Assembly (NCBI GenBank): GCA_037143555.1
Contig: JBAWYL010000011.1
Location: 6,372 to 70,371 of the forward strand
Direction: 5' to 3'
DNA length: 64,000 nucleotides
Source of the DNA: Chlorobiaceae bacterium
Lineage (GTDB): Bacteria; Bacteroidota; Chlorobiia; Chlorobiales; Chlorobiaceae
The translations under genes were made by a program, and so were the position numbers. Position 1 is the stretch's first letter, and the number at the start of each line of letters is the position of its first letter. This document shows, one piece after another, positions 39,459 through 50,025 of the stretch. Below the pieces are notes generated by a model, which was not told the origin of the DNA, did no database searches, and worked only from the letters and a program-made list of their open reading frames with translations.

Positions 39459-41279
39459 ATGAGTAAAGCTGCATGTAGCACGCAGGCTCTGAAAAACCGG
39501 TTTCGCTCTGATTATTGCGGGTTATTAAGCCCTGAGCTTGAGCATACCCCTGTGAGGCTTGCAGGATGGGTTCATAGAAAAAGGGATCATGGCGGGTTGA
39601 TTTTTATAGATTTGAGGGACCATACCGGGATCAGTCAGCTTGTTATACAGCCGGAACAGCATGAGCTGTTTGCTAAAGCCGAACAGCTGCATATAGAATC
39701 GGTTATCAGAATAGAGGGCATGGTTGTCCGGCGCGCTCCGGGGGCAGTCAATCCACGTCTGGCATCAGGTGCAATTGAGGTTGTTGTCAGTCAGATCACC
39801 GTCGAAAGTAACGCTCAACCGCTTCCTTTTCCCGTTGCTGATGAGGTACCGACATCGGAGGAGCTCCGTTTAAAATACCGCTTTATTGATCTGCGTCGTG
39901 AAAAGATTCATGAAAATATTATTTATCGCAGCCGTCTGACAGCTGCAGTCCGTCACTATCTTGAGTCGAAAGAATTCATTGAAATACAGACGCCGATTCT
40001 GACCTCAAGTTCTCCTGAAGGGGCAAGGGACTTTCTTGTTCCCAGCCGTCTTCATCCAGGCAGATTTTATGCGCTGCCCCAGGCACCCCAGCAGTTTAAG
40101 CAGCTCCTGATGGTATCAGGTTTTCCCCGATATTTCCAGATAGCACCCTGTTTCAGGGATGAAGATGCCCGTGCAGATCGCAGCCCGGGCGAGTTTTATC
40201 AGCTTGATATGGAAATGGCTTTTATTGAGCAGGATGATCTGTTTTCCATTCTTGAGGGCATGATTGAGCATCTTACCCGGACCATGTCTAATAAGCGGAT
40301 TCCGCAGTTTCCATTTCCGAGGATCAGCTATAAGGAGGTCATGAACCGCTTTGGCACAGATAAGCCCGACCTGAGAATTCCGCTTGAAATCAATGATGTT
40401 ACTTCGCTCTTTGTTGATTCAGGGTTCAAGGTATTTGCCAATAATACCAAAGAGGGTTGTTGTGTGAAAGCGCTGGTTCTCAAGGGTCGCGCTCATGAAT
40501 CAAGGTTGTTTTTTGACAAGGCGGAAAAACGTTCAAAGGAGCTTGGATCTGCTGGTTTGGCTTATATCCAGTTCAGAGAGGAAGGACCAAAAGGCCCTGT
40601 CGTCAAATTTCTTTCTGAAGAGGACCTTTCACATCTTAAAGAGCAGCTCGCTCTTGAAACTGGTGATGTCGTATTTTTTGGAGCTGGTAAATGGGCTTCG
40701 ACCTGCAAGATTATGGGTGGTATGCGAACCTATTTTGCTGATCTCTTTACTCTTGATAAAGACGAACTTTCGTTTTGCTGGATAGTTGATTTTCCGATGT
40801 ATGAATACAACGAAGAAGCAAAAAAGATCGACTTTTCGCACAATCCGTTTTCCATGCCGCAGGGTGAGATGGAAGCGCTCGAAACAATGCCTCCCCTCGA
40901 TATACTCGCCTATCAGTACGACATTGTCTGTAACGGAATAGAACTTTCCAGCGGCGCCATCCGTAACCACAGACCTGATATCATGTACAAGGCATTCGGG
41001 ATTGCCGGCTACTCAAAAGAAGAGGTTGATGAACGTTTTGGTCACATGATCGAAGCGTTTAAACTCGGAGCTCCGCCACACGGAGGAATTGCTCCGGGTC
41101 TTGACCGGCTTGTCATGATTTTACGGGATGAGCAGAATATTCGTGAGGTTATTGCGTTTCCTATGAATCAGCAGGCTCAGGATCTCATGATGTCCTCTCC
41201 TTCGGAAGTAACCCCTGCACAGCTTCGGGAGCTGCATCTAAGGGTTGAACTGCCGAAAAAGCCAGAAGAGAAAAAATAA
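39459..41279 (+). CDS. aspS: Aspartate--tRNA ligase
   Basis: [46 protein letters not shown] and [14 protein letters not shown] motifs. Confidence 0.97.
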   Translation: MSKAACSTQALKNRFRSDYCGLLSPELEHTPVRLAGWVHRKRDHGGLIFIDLRDHTGISQLVIQPEQHELFAKAEQLHIESVIRIEGMVVRRAPGAVNPRLASGAIEVVVSQITVESNAQPLPFPVADEVPTSEELRLKYRFIDLRREKIHENIIYRSRLTAAVRHYLESKEFIEIQTPILTSSSPEGARDFLVPSRLHPGRFYALPQAPQQFKQLLMVSGFPRYFQIAPCFRDEDARADRSPGEFYQLDMEMAFIEQDDLFSILEGMIEHLTRTMSNKRIPQFPFPRISYKEVMNRFGTDKPDLRIPLEINDVTSLFVDSGFKVFANNTKEGCCVKALVLKGRAHESRLFFDKAEKRSKELGSAGLAYIQFREEGPKGPVVKFLSEEDLSHLKEQLALETGDVVFFGAGKWASTCKIMGGMRTYFADLFTLDKDELSFCWIVDFPMYEYNEEAKKIDFSHNPFSMPQGEMEALETMPPLDILAYQYDIVCNGIELSSGAIRNHRPDIMYKAFGIAGYSKEEVDERFGHMIEAFKLGAPPHGGIAPGLDRLVMILRDEQNIREVIAFPMNQQAQDLMMSSPSEVTPAQLRELHLRVELPKKPEEKK

Positions 41280-41282
41280 TCA

Positions 41283-41321
41283 CAAACAGAAAAGGCTGAC
41301 ATTGTCAGCCTTTTCTGTTTG
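41283..41321. terminator. Bidirectional intrinsic terminator between aspS and the thioesterase gene
   Basis: Perfect 18-bp stem caaacagaaaaggctgac-att-gtcagccttttctgtttg between convergent genes. Confidence 0.9.
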
Positions 41322-41356
41322 GTGCGATTTTCAATAATGAAGATGCTGTGCAGGAT

Positions 41357-41809
41357 CTATTGTTGAGCAGTCTCTTTTTTCAGGACAGCAACAGTAAAGC
41401 GGCTGACGCAGGTCAGTTTACCCTCTTCATTTCGTACCTTGATATCCCATACCTGAGAGCTTTTCCCAAGGTGCAGGGGAGTGGCGGTAGCATAGACAAA
41501 TCCTGTTCTGACCGGTCGGATATGGTTTGCGTTTATCTCCTGCCCGACAATGTAGAATGACTCTCGATCGACACAGTATGACGCAGCAATACTCCCTACA
41601 GTTTCAGCAAGAGCCAGCGAAGCCCCTCCATGCAGAATACCGATACGCTGAATGGTACGGTGGTCGACCGGCATTTTCGCCGTCATGAAATCCGCTCCGA
41701 TGTCGGTCATTTCAATGCCAAGATGTCGGGCCATCTGACCATCAATTATTTGAGTTGTGTTGATATCCTCAACACTGACCGGAGTAAAAAAAATAGAGGA
41801 TTGAGTCAT
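41357..41809 (-). CDS. Hotdog-fold thioesterase (MenI/EntH/PaaI-like)
   Basis: MPVDHRTIQRIGILHGGASLALAETVGS, VGQEINANH and GKSSQVWDI motifs. The ORF-track extension overlaps the tRNA and is rejected. Confidence 0.9.
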   Translation of the reverse strand: MTQSSIFFTPVSVEDINTTQIIDGQMARHLGIEMTDIGADFMTAKMPVDHRTIQRIGILHGGASLALAETVGSIAASYCVDRESFYIVGQEINANHIRPVRTGFVYATATPLHLGKSSQVWDIKVRNEEGKLTCVSRFTVAVLKKETAQQ

Positions 41810-41852
41810 GAGAGGTAAAGTGTCAACCAAAAAGAATGATATCCCGTAAAAG

Positions 41853-41925
41853 AGCGGGTGACGAGATTCGAACTCGCGACATTTTGCTTGGGAAGCAAAC
41901 ACTCTACCAACTGAGTTACACCCGC
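41853..41925 (-). tRNA. tRNA-Gly(CCC)
   Basis: gcgggtgtaactcagttggtagagtgtttgctt-ccc-aagcaaaatgtcgcgagttcgaatctcgtcacccgct forms a cloverleaf. CCA is not encoded. Confidence 0.95.
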
Positions 41926-41932
41926 TTTTCTG

Positions 41933-42009
41933 TGGTGGTGAGAGAGGGAGTTGAACCCTCGACCTCAGGGTTATGAATCCTGTGCTCTAACCAACTGAGC
42001 TACCTCACC
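41933..42009 (-). tRNA. tRNA-Met(CAT), elongator-type (Ile2 not excluded)
   Basis: ggtgaggtagctcagttggttagagcacaggatt-cat-aaccctgaggtcgagggttcaactccctctctcaccacca. It has a G1-C72 pair and no GGG/CCC anticodon stem, so it is not an initiator. CCA is encoded. Confidence 0.92.
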
Positions 42010-42089
42010 TTTTTCCGGGCTGAAAATATACCATAGCAGAGAGGAAAAAACAAGCTATGAGAACGTTTTATTTGTTCTTTTTCAGGATG

Positions 42090-42821
42090 TTAAGAACATG
42101 ATGTCATTTGACTGAATATCGCTTCAGCAACAGGAATATCTTCAGGTGTCGTAATTTTTATATTATGATATCCCATCTCAAAAATTCTTATAGGCTGTTC
42201 AGGAAAGAAACGTTCAACAAGTGCGCCGTCATCTGTTGCATACCAGCGTTCAAGTTCCGCCTGCTCGTGAGCCTGTATGAGGGTGCGGCAGCGAAATCCC
42301 TGCGGCGTCTGTACCTGGAGCAGCCTGCTGCGATCCGGAGTTTCTCCGAAAAAGTCAGGATCAGATCCAATATACTTGATCGTGTCTTTAGGCCTGGTTG
42401 CAGGCACACACGCCCCGAACTCCAGTGAAAGGCGAGAGATTTCATCGATCTCCTCGGGCTGTATAAAAGGCCGCGCTCCGTCATGAACAAGAATTGTGTC
42501 CGCTGCATTTCCGGTCATGTGAATTTCATGTTCAATGACCTTGATACAGTTGTTGACCGAATCCTGCCGCTCCTTTCCGCCTTCTATAATCGCTTTGACC
42601 TTACTGAATCCCGAGGACGCAGCTATCTCCTCAAGTATTGCAATGTTTTCCCTTGTGGTGGCAATGTAGATCGCGCTGATTGAAGAGGCCGTCTGGAACG
42701 CCTTTATGGCATGATGAATAACAGGGAATCCGGCAATTTCAAGCAACTGTTTACTTCGACCGTTTTTAAGCTGCATTCGCTTTCCGATACCGCTTGCTGC
42801 AATAATTGCAATGGCATTCAT
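42090..42821 (-). CDS. ispD: 2-C-methyl-D-erythritol 4-phosphate cytidylyltransferase
   Basis: AASGIGKRM, GGKERQDSV, VHDGARPF, QTPQGF and NIKITTPED motifs. Confidence 0.95.
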   Translation of the reverse strand: MNAIAIIAASGIGKRMQLKNGRSKQLLEIAGFPVIHHAIKAFQTASSISAIYIATTRENIAILEEIAASSGFSKVKAIIEGGKERQDSVNNCIKVIEHEIHMTGNAADTILVHDGARPFIQPEEIDEISRLSLEFGACVPATRPKDTIKYIGSDPDFFGETPDRSRLLQVQTPQGFRCRTLIQAHEQAELERWYATDDGALVERFFPEQPIRIFEMGYHNIKITTPEDIPVAEAIFSQMTSCS

Positions 42822-42848
42822 AGTGAACAGGTCAATCTCTTGGGAGGT

Positions 42849-43889
42849 TTAATAAATAAACATGGCATCTCCGTATGCCAGAAAGCGGTAATCTTCTTTC
42901 AGTGCCAATTTATAGGCTTCCATAAGCAGCCGGTGTTCTGCAAATGCACTGACGGCCATGAGCAGAGTTGTTTCAGGAAGCTGAAAATTGGTGATAAGAG
43001 CATCGGTAACTTTAAACTGGTATGGGGGATAGATGAACTTGTCTGTCCAGCCTCTTCCGAATTTTATTTTCCCGTCAACCGTAGCATTGGCTTCGAGTAC
43101 ACGGCATGTTGTTGTTCCGACTGCGATGATCCGTCCTGTTTTGTTGATCTTTGTTTCATTGATTTCCATTGCCGTCTGATAGGGAATATTAAAATATTCC
43201 GAATCCATTTTATGCTTGGAAACGTCCTCTACTTCAATGGCATTGAAAGTGCTTAAACTTGGATGCAGCGTTATCGGAAGAATTTTTACACCGATTTTCT
43301 GGATTTTCTGGAGGAGAGGCATGTTGAAGTGGAGCCCGGCCATAGGTGCTACAACAGCGCCGGTCTGGCTGGCATAAACGGTCTGGTAGTTTTCCTTGTC
43401 TGAAGCAATTGGTGAACGGGTAAAATAGGGCGGCAGGGGAATAGTGCCGATTCTTTCAACAAGACTGAACACATCAATATCAGGATTCAGGAATCGTATG
43501 GTTCTGCCGCGGGAAGTGGTGTTGTCGACCACTTCAGCGACCACATCTTCATCAAAATAAATTTTATTTCCAACCCTTACTTTCCGTGCAGGATCAACAA
43601 GAACATCCCATAATCCAGCCTCCTTATTGAGCACTCTAAGAAGGAATACCTCGATTTTCGCGTCCGTTTTTTCCTTCTGACCAAATATTTTAGCTGGAAA
43701 AACCCGGCTGTTGTTTAAGACAAGCAGATCTCCCTTTTTAAAATAGGACGCAATATCTTCAAAAAATTTATGCTCAATGTCTTTTTTTCGCCGGTTCAGA
43801 ACCATCATTTTGCACTTTTCCCTCGGCGTTGATGGTTCTTCAGCTATTTTACTTTTAGGCAGGGTATATCGAAAATTTGACAGGCGCAT
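42849..43889 (-). CDS. queA: S-adenosylmethionine:tRNA ribosyltransferase-isomerase
   Basis: LVLNNSRVFPA, GTIPLPPY, YQTVYA, AVGTTTCR, TNFQLP and YRFLAYGDAM motifs. Confidence 0.95.
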   Translation of the reverse strand: MRLSNFRYTLPKSKIAEEPSTPREKCKMMVLNRRKKDIEHKFFEDIASYFKKGDLLVLNNSRVFPAKIFGQKEKTDAKIEVFLLRVLNKEAGLWDVLVDPARKVRVGNKIYFDEDVVAEVVDNTTSRGRTIRFLNPDIDVFSLVERIGTIPLPPYFTRSPIASDKENYQTVYASQTGAVVAPMAGLHFNMPLLQKIQKIGVKILPITLHPSLSTFNAIEVEDVSKHKMDSEYFNIPYQTAMEINETKINKTGRIIAVGTTTCRVLEANATVDGKIKFGRGWTDKFIYPPYQFKVTDALITNFQLPETTLLMAVSAFAEHRLLMEAYKLALKEDYRFLAYGDAMFIY

Positions 43890-43951
43890 AGGTGATTCAA
43901 TAGGTAAACAAACAAAAATGAAAGAACTGCAATATGGTTAAAAGGTAAAAA

Positions 43952-43985
43952 TAAAAAAATGAAGGCATCATTATGATGCCTTCAT
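43952..43985 (-). terminator. Intrinsic terminator of the trehalose-related operon
   Basis: 12-bp stem atgaaggcatca-tta-tgatgccttcat, with an A-tract that reads as a U-tract on the minus strand. Confidence 0.85.
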
Positions 43986-43991
43986 AGCTGT

Positions 43992-46900
43992 TCAGACTGA
44001 AGCAGAGTGATAAGGAACTCCCTTTTTCAGCGTGAGATGTCTTCCGGCAATGCATGCAGGCGCTTCATCTCCTTCTGCTTCGATCAGAGTAATGATGATA
44101 TCGTCCGTTGCAATGGTAATGTTATAACGGTTTTTTCTGAAACAGATGCTCAAATTGAGTTTTTTCCAGTGAGCAGGTCTGTTTGGATGCACATTAAGTT
44201 TTTCATTGTAGAACGAAATTCCGGCAAAATAACGGATAACCGTATCCAGTGTTCCCGCCATGACTCCGCAATGAATACCCTCCTGTGTCGTGCCGCCCTG
44301 GGTGTCCTTGATATCGCTATTAAGAGCTTCTGAAAACCATTTCCAAGCCATTTCATGGCCATCATGCAGGTAGCTGGAGATGATACTGTGAACCACTTTG
44401 CTCAAGGTAGAACCATGACTTGTTCTTGGTTCGTAGAAAGCGTAGTTGTTTCTGACCAGAGTCATGTCATCAGGTATTTTATATCCGATCTTTTCCAGCA
44501 GTTCAGCAACTTCACCCGGCGATAGCGTATAGAACGTCATCAGTACATCGGGCTGTTTGGCAACCTTGTACATGTCCGGAGTATCTCCCTCGGCTTTCAG
44601 TATCCTGTCCATACGGTGGATATTGCCATATCTGGTACGGTAGTGAGCCCAGTCGAGCTCCTTGAGGGTTTTATAGCCATCGAACTGCTCAAGGATGCCA
44701 TTGCTGTCGACGAGGATATTCATGCTTCTGCTGATATCCTGCCAGTGCTTCAGTTCATCAAAACCGAGATGGATTTTTGAAATCAGGCGTCTGAGTACGG
44801 TCGGATCAATTTTTTCGCCGATTTCAGCAGCTTTTTCAAAAAGCCAGACAGCCATGATGTTGGTATAGGTATTATCTTTCAATCCCTCTTTACCGCTTCC
44901 GGGCAGAGTTTCATGAAATTCGTCCGGTCCCATCACACCCTCGATATGGTACTTCTGGGTATCAGCTGAATAGGTGGCAATTGACGCCCAGAATCTTGCG
45001 ATTTCAAACATCAGCTCCGCACCGTACTCATTAAGGAACACGGTATCATCAGTATCGTAGATGTAGCGCCAGGTATTATAGAAAACAGCTATCGAAACAT
45101 GTCTTTGAAGGCGGCTGAGGTCAGGACCCCATGAGCCGCTTTTTGGATTGAAGTGGAGAATCTGTGTATCCTCCCTGCCATCATCTGCAGTCTGCCATGG
45201 GAACATGGCGCCCTTATACCCGTTTTCACGAGCATACTCTCTCGCAGCGTCAAGCCGCCGGTAGCGGTACAGCAGGAGAGCTTTTGAAATTTCCGGAAAA
45301 TGGCGGTTGAAAAATGGCAGAATAAATATTTCATCCCAGAAAATATGGCCGCGATAAGCCTCACCGTTAAGGCCGCGGGCGGGCATGCCTGCGTCAATGG
45401 TTTGATTGTGTGGCGAAGCGGTGCACATCATGTGATAAGTATGCAGCCTTAGAGCTTTCTGGCTGAATCTGTCGCCTTCGATAGCAATGTCAGCTTTTTC
45501 CCATATTTTTTCCCATGCTTCAGAATGAGTCTTAAAGAGGGAATCAAAAGAGTCATTGCTTTCAAGAGAGTGTCGGGCGGCTCTTACCGGATCGGCATTT
45601 TTCTGGTCGAGTGTTGTATGTATAGAGGCAAGCTTTTCAATAGTGCAGCTTTTGTTTGGATTCAGCAACACTTTAAAGGACTCTGCAATATAGCGTGAAT
45701 CGCTTAACGACGAACGCTCTATGTTCAAAGGCTTTCCATGGCTCAACACCCTTGTTTTGGCTGCAGTTGCAATGCCGTAATGTGAAACATTGGTTTGTAC
45801 ATGAAGCACTATGATATCATTGTCGCAGCTGCTTTCGATGTGTTCAAGATGGTCGTTTGAGAGCTCGTTATAGCGCGCAACATTTTTATTTTTCACCCGC
45901 CCGTCGATTGACGACCTGAACTCGACTTCAGCACTGTAGTTGACCGGCTTAAGTGTAAATGTAAGCGCACACCGGTGCGGATCATCCATACTTATAAATC
46001 TGCGGGTGCGGATGCTTGATATTCTTCCGAGATTGTCCTGGATAACGATATCCCGCTCCATCAGACCGTGACGCAGATTCAGGTTCTGCTGGTAGCTGAG
46101 GATTTTCTGATCGAACGGATCAATGAACTCACCACCACCTATTCTGAACTCAATCGGGAGCCAGTTCGGCGCGTTGACAAAGTCATTGTTAAAAATTGTC
46201 TGGCCGTGAACTTCAGACGGGACTCTGTTAAAAATACCTGCAATATAGGTGCCGGGATAATGATAGTGGGAAATTGAAGAGCCCTCATATGCGCCTCTGA
46301 CCCCAAGATATCCGTTGCCTGATGATGTCAGGGTTTCGCGAAGTTTCTCATCTTTGGCGGAAAAATCGGTATAGGTCAGGTTCCAGCCCTCAAATTCAAG
46401 GCCATCGCTGAACCATCGTTCGATATCAGCAATAGTGATTTCAGCGAGATCCCTGACAACAACATCGGCGCCCTCCTCCCTCAGTTTTGATCCTTCGATG
46501 TCACGGGCAATACCAAGCACCATGCCGAAGTTGCCGCGAGACCCTGCCTGAACACCTGAAATGGCATCTTCAACAACAACACATTCATGAGGCTCCAGCC
46601 CGAGATTCTGGGCGGCTCTGACAAAAATATCAGGGTTGGGTTTTCCCTTTAAGCCGAGTTCGATAGAGACTTCGCCATCAACACGGGTTTCAAAAAGATG
46701 CTCAAGCTGGGCAAGCTGTAAAATAAGCTTGCAATTGCGGCTTGATGAAGCGATGCCGATTTTTATGCCTTTTTTTATGAGCTCATTGATGAGTTTAATG
46801 GAAGAGGTGTAGACCTCAGGACCTTCTTTAATGAGGATTTCAGAAAAAAGGTTGTTTTTACGGTTCCCAAGACCGCAGATAGTCTCCTTTTCAGGAATGT

Positions 46901-47156
46901 CGTCCAGTTCCCCGTAGGGCAGCTCAATTTCGCGCGACAAAAGAAAGCTTTTAACACCCTCCATGCGAGGCTTTCCGTCTACATATCGGTGATAGTCATG
47001 AGCAGGGTCAAAAGGAACAAAGGTTTCATTGTTGATTTCTGCATAATTTTTCAAAAAATAATTGAACATGGATTCCCAGGCGAGGCTGTGTACTTTTGCC
47101 GTGCCAGTGATAACTCCGTCAAGATCGAAAATTGCGCCTTTGAAGATGTTGCTCAT
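43992..47156 (-). CDS. Beta-phosphoglucomutase-family HAD domain fused to a GH65 phosphorylase
   Basis: N-terminal HAD motifs: [26 protein letters not shown]65 motifs: [40 protein letters not shown]. Confidence 0.92.
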   Translation of the reverse strand: MSNIFKGAIFDLDGVITGTAKVHSLAWESMFNYFLKNYAEINNETFVPFDPAHDYHRYVDGKPRMEGVKSFLLSREIELPYGELDDIPEKETICGLGNRKNNLFSEILIKEGPEVYTSSIKLINELIKKGIKIGIASSSRNCKLILQLAQLEHLFETRVDGEVSIELGLKGKPNPDIFVRAAQNLGLEPHECVVVEDAISGVQAGSRGNFGMVLGIARDIEGSKLREEGADVVVRDLAEITIADIERWFSDGLEFEGWNLTYTDFSAKDEKLRETLTSSGNGYLGVRGAYEGSSISHYHYPGTYIAGIFNRVPSEVHGQTIFNNDFVNAPNWLPIEFRIGGGEFIDPFDQKILSYQQNLNLRHGLMERDIVIQDNLGRISSIRTRRFISMDDPHRCALTFTLKPVNYSAEVEFRSSIDGRVKNKNVARYNELSNDHLEHIESSCDNDIIVLHVQTNVSHYGIATAAKTRVLSHGKPLNIERSSLSDSRYIAESFKVLLNPNKSCTIEKLASIHTTLDQKNADPVRAARHSLESNDSFDSLFKTHSEAWEKIWEKADIAIEGDRFSQKALRLHTYHMMCTASPHNQTIDAGMPARGLNGEAYRGHIFWDEIFILPFFNRHFPEISKALLLYRYRRLDAAREYARENGYKGAMFPWQTADDGREDTQILHFNPKSGSWGPDLSRLQRHVSIAVFYNTWRYIYDTDDTVFLNEYGAELMFEIARFWASIATYSADTQKYHIEGVMGPDEFHETLPGSGKEGLKDNTYTNIMAVWLFEKAAEIGEKIDPTVLRRLISKIHLGFDELKHWQDISRSMNILVDSNGILEQFDGYKTLKELDWAHYRTRYGNIHRMDRILKAEGDTPDMYKVAKQPDVLMTFYTLSPGEVAELLEKIGYKIPDDMTLVRNNYAFYEPRTSHGSTLSKVVHSIISSYLHDGHEMAWKWFSEALNSDIKDTQGGTTQEGIHCGVMAGTLDTVIRYFAGISFYNEKLNVHPNRPAHWKKLNLSICFRKNRYNITIATDDIIITLIEAEGDEAPACIAGRHLTLKKGVPYHSASV

Positions 47157-47193
47157 ACCAATAGTTAAAAGATTATTATGAACCGGAACGTTG

Positions 47194-48456
47194 TCATAAA
47201 GAAAGCAGACCAAGAATGGTTAAAAGGATATCAGGGTAGGGTACCGTATAGCTGTTCGGGCATATCTCTTTAACCTGCTTTTTTAGCTGATCATCTCTTG
47301 TTACAAAAACTGCCCATACATCACCAAACATCTCAACTGCCTTTTTCAGCATGGGAATGTCTGAAGGTGTATCGCCGCACACAAGAGTCGAACTTTGTGA
47401 TGAATTTATTCCCAGTTTGCTGCATATAAAGGAAAGTCCGTCACCTTTGTCAAAATCTTTGATTGGCGCTTCTCCGGAAACCCCTTCGATGGTTAAAATG
47501 ATTTCAATATCAAGGCCGGTATCCTCAATTCTAAAATTCTTGCCGCTCGGATCTATCTCCCGGACGATGCCTTTCACCTTTTCAAGAAAAGCTGAAGATT
47601 CAGACTCTTTTATGGAGTGGCTTATATCCTGACGGGCAATAGTAGTCTGTCCAAATTTAATCTGTAAAGCCGATCCTATGAAATTGAATTTTTCAAAATT
47701 CGGATCCTGAAGAAGAACCAGCATCCTGTCATTTAACAGTCGTATCAGTTTCTGCTTGTTGTCTTCGATGGGAAAGCAGTTAAACTCATCATTCAGGTCG
47801 ATGAACTCTCTGCCCTTCGATCCGGCGTAGACAAACGTGTTGCTCGGATTGATGGAAACATTCAGTATGCCAAAGTCTTTCAGTGGAGCAGAGGTGATGA
47901 TAATAGGGTACTGGCAGCAGTTTTTTGCAAACCGGGTTAGAAAAACCGAGTTATAGATTGGCTGTACTGAAGAGCGGTATCGTCCGCAGTAGTTATTCGT
48001 AGTTCCGTCACGATCAGTGACAAAAGCATTAAACTTCTTGCCCCTTAGAAATTTCACGCCTTGGTTAACATAGACCCGGAAATCCGGAATAAACTTGGCA
48101 AGGTAATCGATGAATTTATCCTCGCCATACTCAAGATAGTAGATATCCTTTTGGAGTTCCCTGATTTCATACGTCAAATCAACCTCTATCTGCTTCATGC
48201 CGTCAAGACGAAGAAGCCTGTGCCCTGTATCATCGTCAATATAGATGGTTTCCAGAGAGTAAAGCGCGTTTTTAAGCGATTCTACACATGACTGACCGAC
48301 AACCCTCTGCTTGATGATGTTTCTGACGACAGGTTCTCGCAGTTCACGTGTTTCTGCTTTCAGCTGATAAAGTTCTTTAAGCGTCCGGATGTCCTGTAAC
48401 GTGATCGATGTGGAGCATGTGTTCAGCTGACGTTCTTTAAGAATACTCTCGTGCAT
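47194..48456 (-). CDS. Trehalose-6-phosphate phosphatase, nematode (Gob-1/T6PP)-type HAD with N-terminal helical domain
   Basis: HAD motif I TDRDGT, motif III/IV DKGDG and [10 protein letters not shown]. It is colinear with the nematode T6PP sequence as recalled (YC..Y....QP.Y....TRFA; GS.GRE). Confidence 0.8.
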   Translation of the reverse strand: MHESILKERQLNTCSTSITLQDIRTLKELYQLKAETRELREPVVRNIIKQRVVGQSCVESLKNALYSLETIYIDDDTGHRLLRLDGMKQIEVDLTYEIRELQKDIYYLEYGEDKFIDYLAKFIPDFRVYVNQGVKFLRGKKFNAFVTDRDGTTNNYCGRYRSSVQPIYNSVFLTRFAKNCCQYPIIITSAPLKDFGILNVSINPSNTFVYAGSKGREFIDLNDEFNCFPIEDNKQKLIRLLNDRMLVLLQDPNFEKFNFIGSALQIKFGQTTIARQDISHSIKESESSAFLEKVKGIVREIDPSGKNFRIEDTGLDIEIILTIEGVSGEAPIKDFDKGDGLSFICSKLGINSSQSSTLVCGDTPSDIPMLKKAVEMFGDVWAVFVTRDDQLKKQVKEICPNSYTVPYPDILLTILGLLSL

Positions 48457-48634
48457 GTGTTGCGGGTAAGGAAGTGAAGATGAAGTAATAAGTTTTTTAA
48501 TTTAAGGAAAAAATTTGCAAAAGCGTTAGAAAACTTTATAGAAATAATATCGATGATAGAGTAACAGTTTTTTGTCACTTTTTTCTTCTGTTGTGCTATG
48601 GCTTGCAATGTTCAGGCACTCGAAACCGCGATAC

Positions 48635-49273
48635 TCATGAAGAGAATCGTTCCTCCAAAAGCGCTACGATTTGCCGATGAATGACCGCTTCCGGCAGAAG
48701 GGCGTCCATGACGACAAATCGTTCTTTATGTTGTTGGATTATCTCAAGGTATCCCCGACGGACATTTCGATAGAACTCGGTTCCGGAACGCTCCATTCGG
48801 TCAAGCTCATCATCATCAAACGAGAGAGGAATTGATGTTTTGGCAAATTTTCTTCTCAAAGCTTCTTCTGGCTCTATATCAAGATAGACGGTGACGTCGG
48901 GAATAATGCCGCAGGTGGAAATTGAAATGATCGACTGGAGCACTGTAAGGTCGATCCCTCTTCCATAACCCTGATAGGCGGTAGTTGAGTCGAAAAACCG
49001 GTCAAGGATGACAGTTTTTCCATCAGCAATCGCCGGCAGGATTACTTTCTGGACAAGCTCTGCCCTGCATGCCGAAAAGAGGAGCAGTTCCCCGATAGGG
49101 CTTATGTCGAGCCGGCTTTCAAGAAGGATAGTACGGATATTTTCAGCCGTCTCAGTGCCTCCGGGTTCCCTTAACGTTAGTACTTCCCGGTTTTGGCTGG
49201 TCAGAGAGGTGACAAGCTTTTTTATCTGGGTTGACTTGCCTGCGCCGTCTATTCCTTCAAATGTTATGAGCAT
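48635..49273 (-). CDS. tmk: Thymidylate kinase
   Basis: [17 protein letters not shown] and [13 protein letters not shown] motifs. Confidence 0.96.
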   Translation of the reverse strand: MLITFEGIDGAGKSTQIKKLVTSLTSQNREVLTLREPGGTETAENIRTILLESRLDISPIGELLLFSACRAELVQKVILPAIADGKTVILDRFFDSTTAYQGYGRGIDLTVLQSIISISTCGIIPDVTVYLDIEPEEALRRKFAKTSIPLSFDDDELDRMERSGTEFYRNVRRGYLEIIQQHKERFVVMDALLPEAVIHRQIVALLEERFSS

Positions 49274-49320
49274 AAATCCTGCATAGAATGATATTCCCGA
49301 AAATGTGTCATGACGGATTC

Positions 49321-50025
49321 TTAATGAAGCTGCCCTGTAGGCCTGATAAGAATGTCGTTGACATCTACATGCGGTGGTTGGCTCACAGCGAACAAAACAG
49401 CCCGGGCGATATCGTCAGGCTGTAATTCTTTTGCTGAGTCCGGTTTCTGAAGATTATCCCAGAAGGGTGTATCCACAATTCCCGGCTCTACCAGAGTTAC
49501 GCGAATTCCGGTTTCCGCCATCTCATTGCGGATAGCCTGAGCCATTCCTGTGACGGCCCACTTGGTTGCCGAGTACAGATTCCGTATAGAGGTGACACGC
49601 CCTACCACCGAACCGGTGATAAGAAGATGTCCTTTGTTTTTTACAAGTTCAGGCAGGGTTAGCCGGGCAGTAGCAGCAGCGCCATAGACGTTGACCATAA
49701 CCATCTCCTGCCATTCGTCAGGTTTATCCTCGCCGCCGTAAAAAGTTGACCCCTTGGAAAAACCGGCGTTCGCAAAAACAACATCAATTCTTCCGAAATG
49801 CTGTAAGGCTTTTTTTACCATCTCCCGCTGCGATTGCCAGTTCGCAACATCGCAAGTGACGGCAAGTGCCCTTCCGGGGCCAAGTTCACTCTCCAGACGT
49901 TCAAGCTTCTCGGCAGATCGCGCCGCAAGTACAACCTTGAATCCCGCTTCTGCTGCCCGGATTGCTGTCGCTTCACCAATACCTGTAGAGGCTCCGGTAA
50001 TCAGAAATACTTTGTTTTCCATCAT
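49321..50025 (-). CDS. Short-chain dehydrogenase/reductase (YdfG-like)
   Basis: [12 protein letters not shown] and YSATK (YxxxK) motifs. Confidence 0.92.
   Translation of the reverse strand: MMENKVFLITGASTGIGEATAIRAAEAGFKVVLAARSAEKLERLESELGPGRALAVTCDVANWQSQREMVKKALQHFGRIDVVFANAGFSKGSTFYGGEDKPDEWQEMVMVNVYGAAATARLTLPELVKNKGHLLITGSVVGRVTSIRNLYSATKWAVTGMAQAIRNEMAETGIRVTLVEPGIVDTPFWDNLQKPDSAKELQPDDIARAVLFAVSQPPHVDVNDILIRPTGQLH

Noticed and set aside
41810-41902. N-terminal extension of the thioesterase ORF
   Set aside because: It overlaps the tRNA-Gly gene and is an artefact.
41853-42009. tRNA pair as an integration site
   Set aside because: The flanking genes are housekeeping, and I saw no duplicated tRNA 3' end or integrase nearby.
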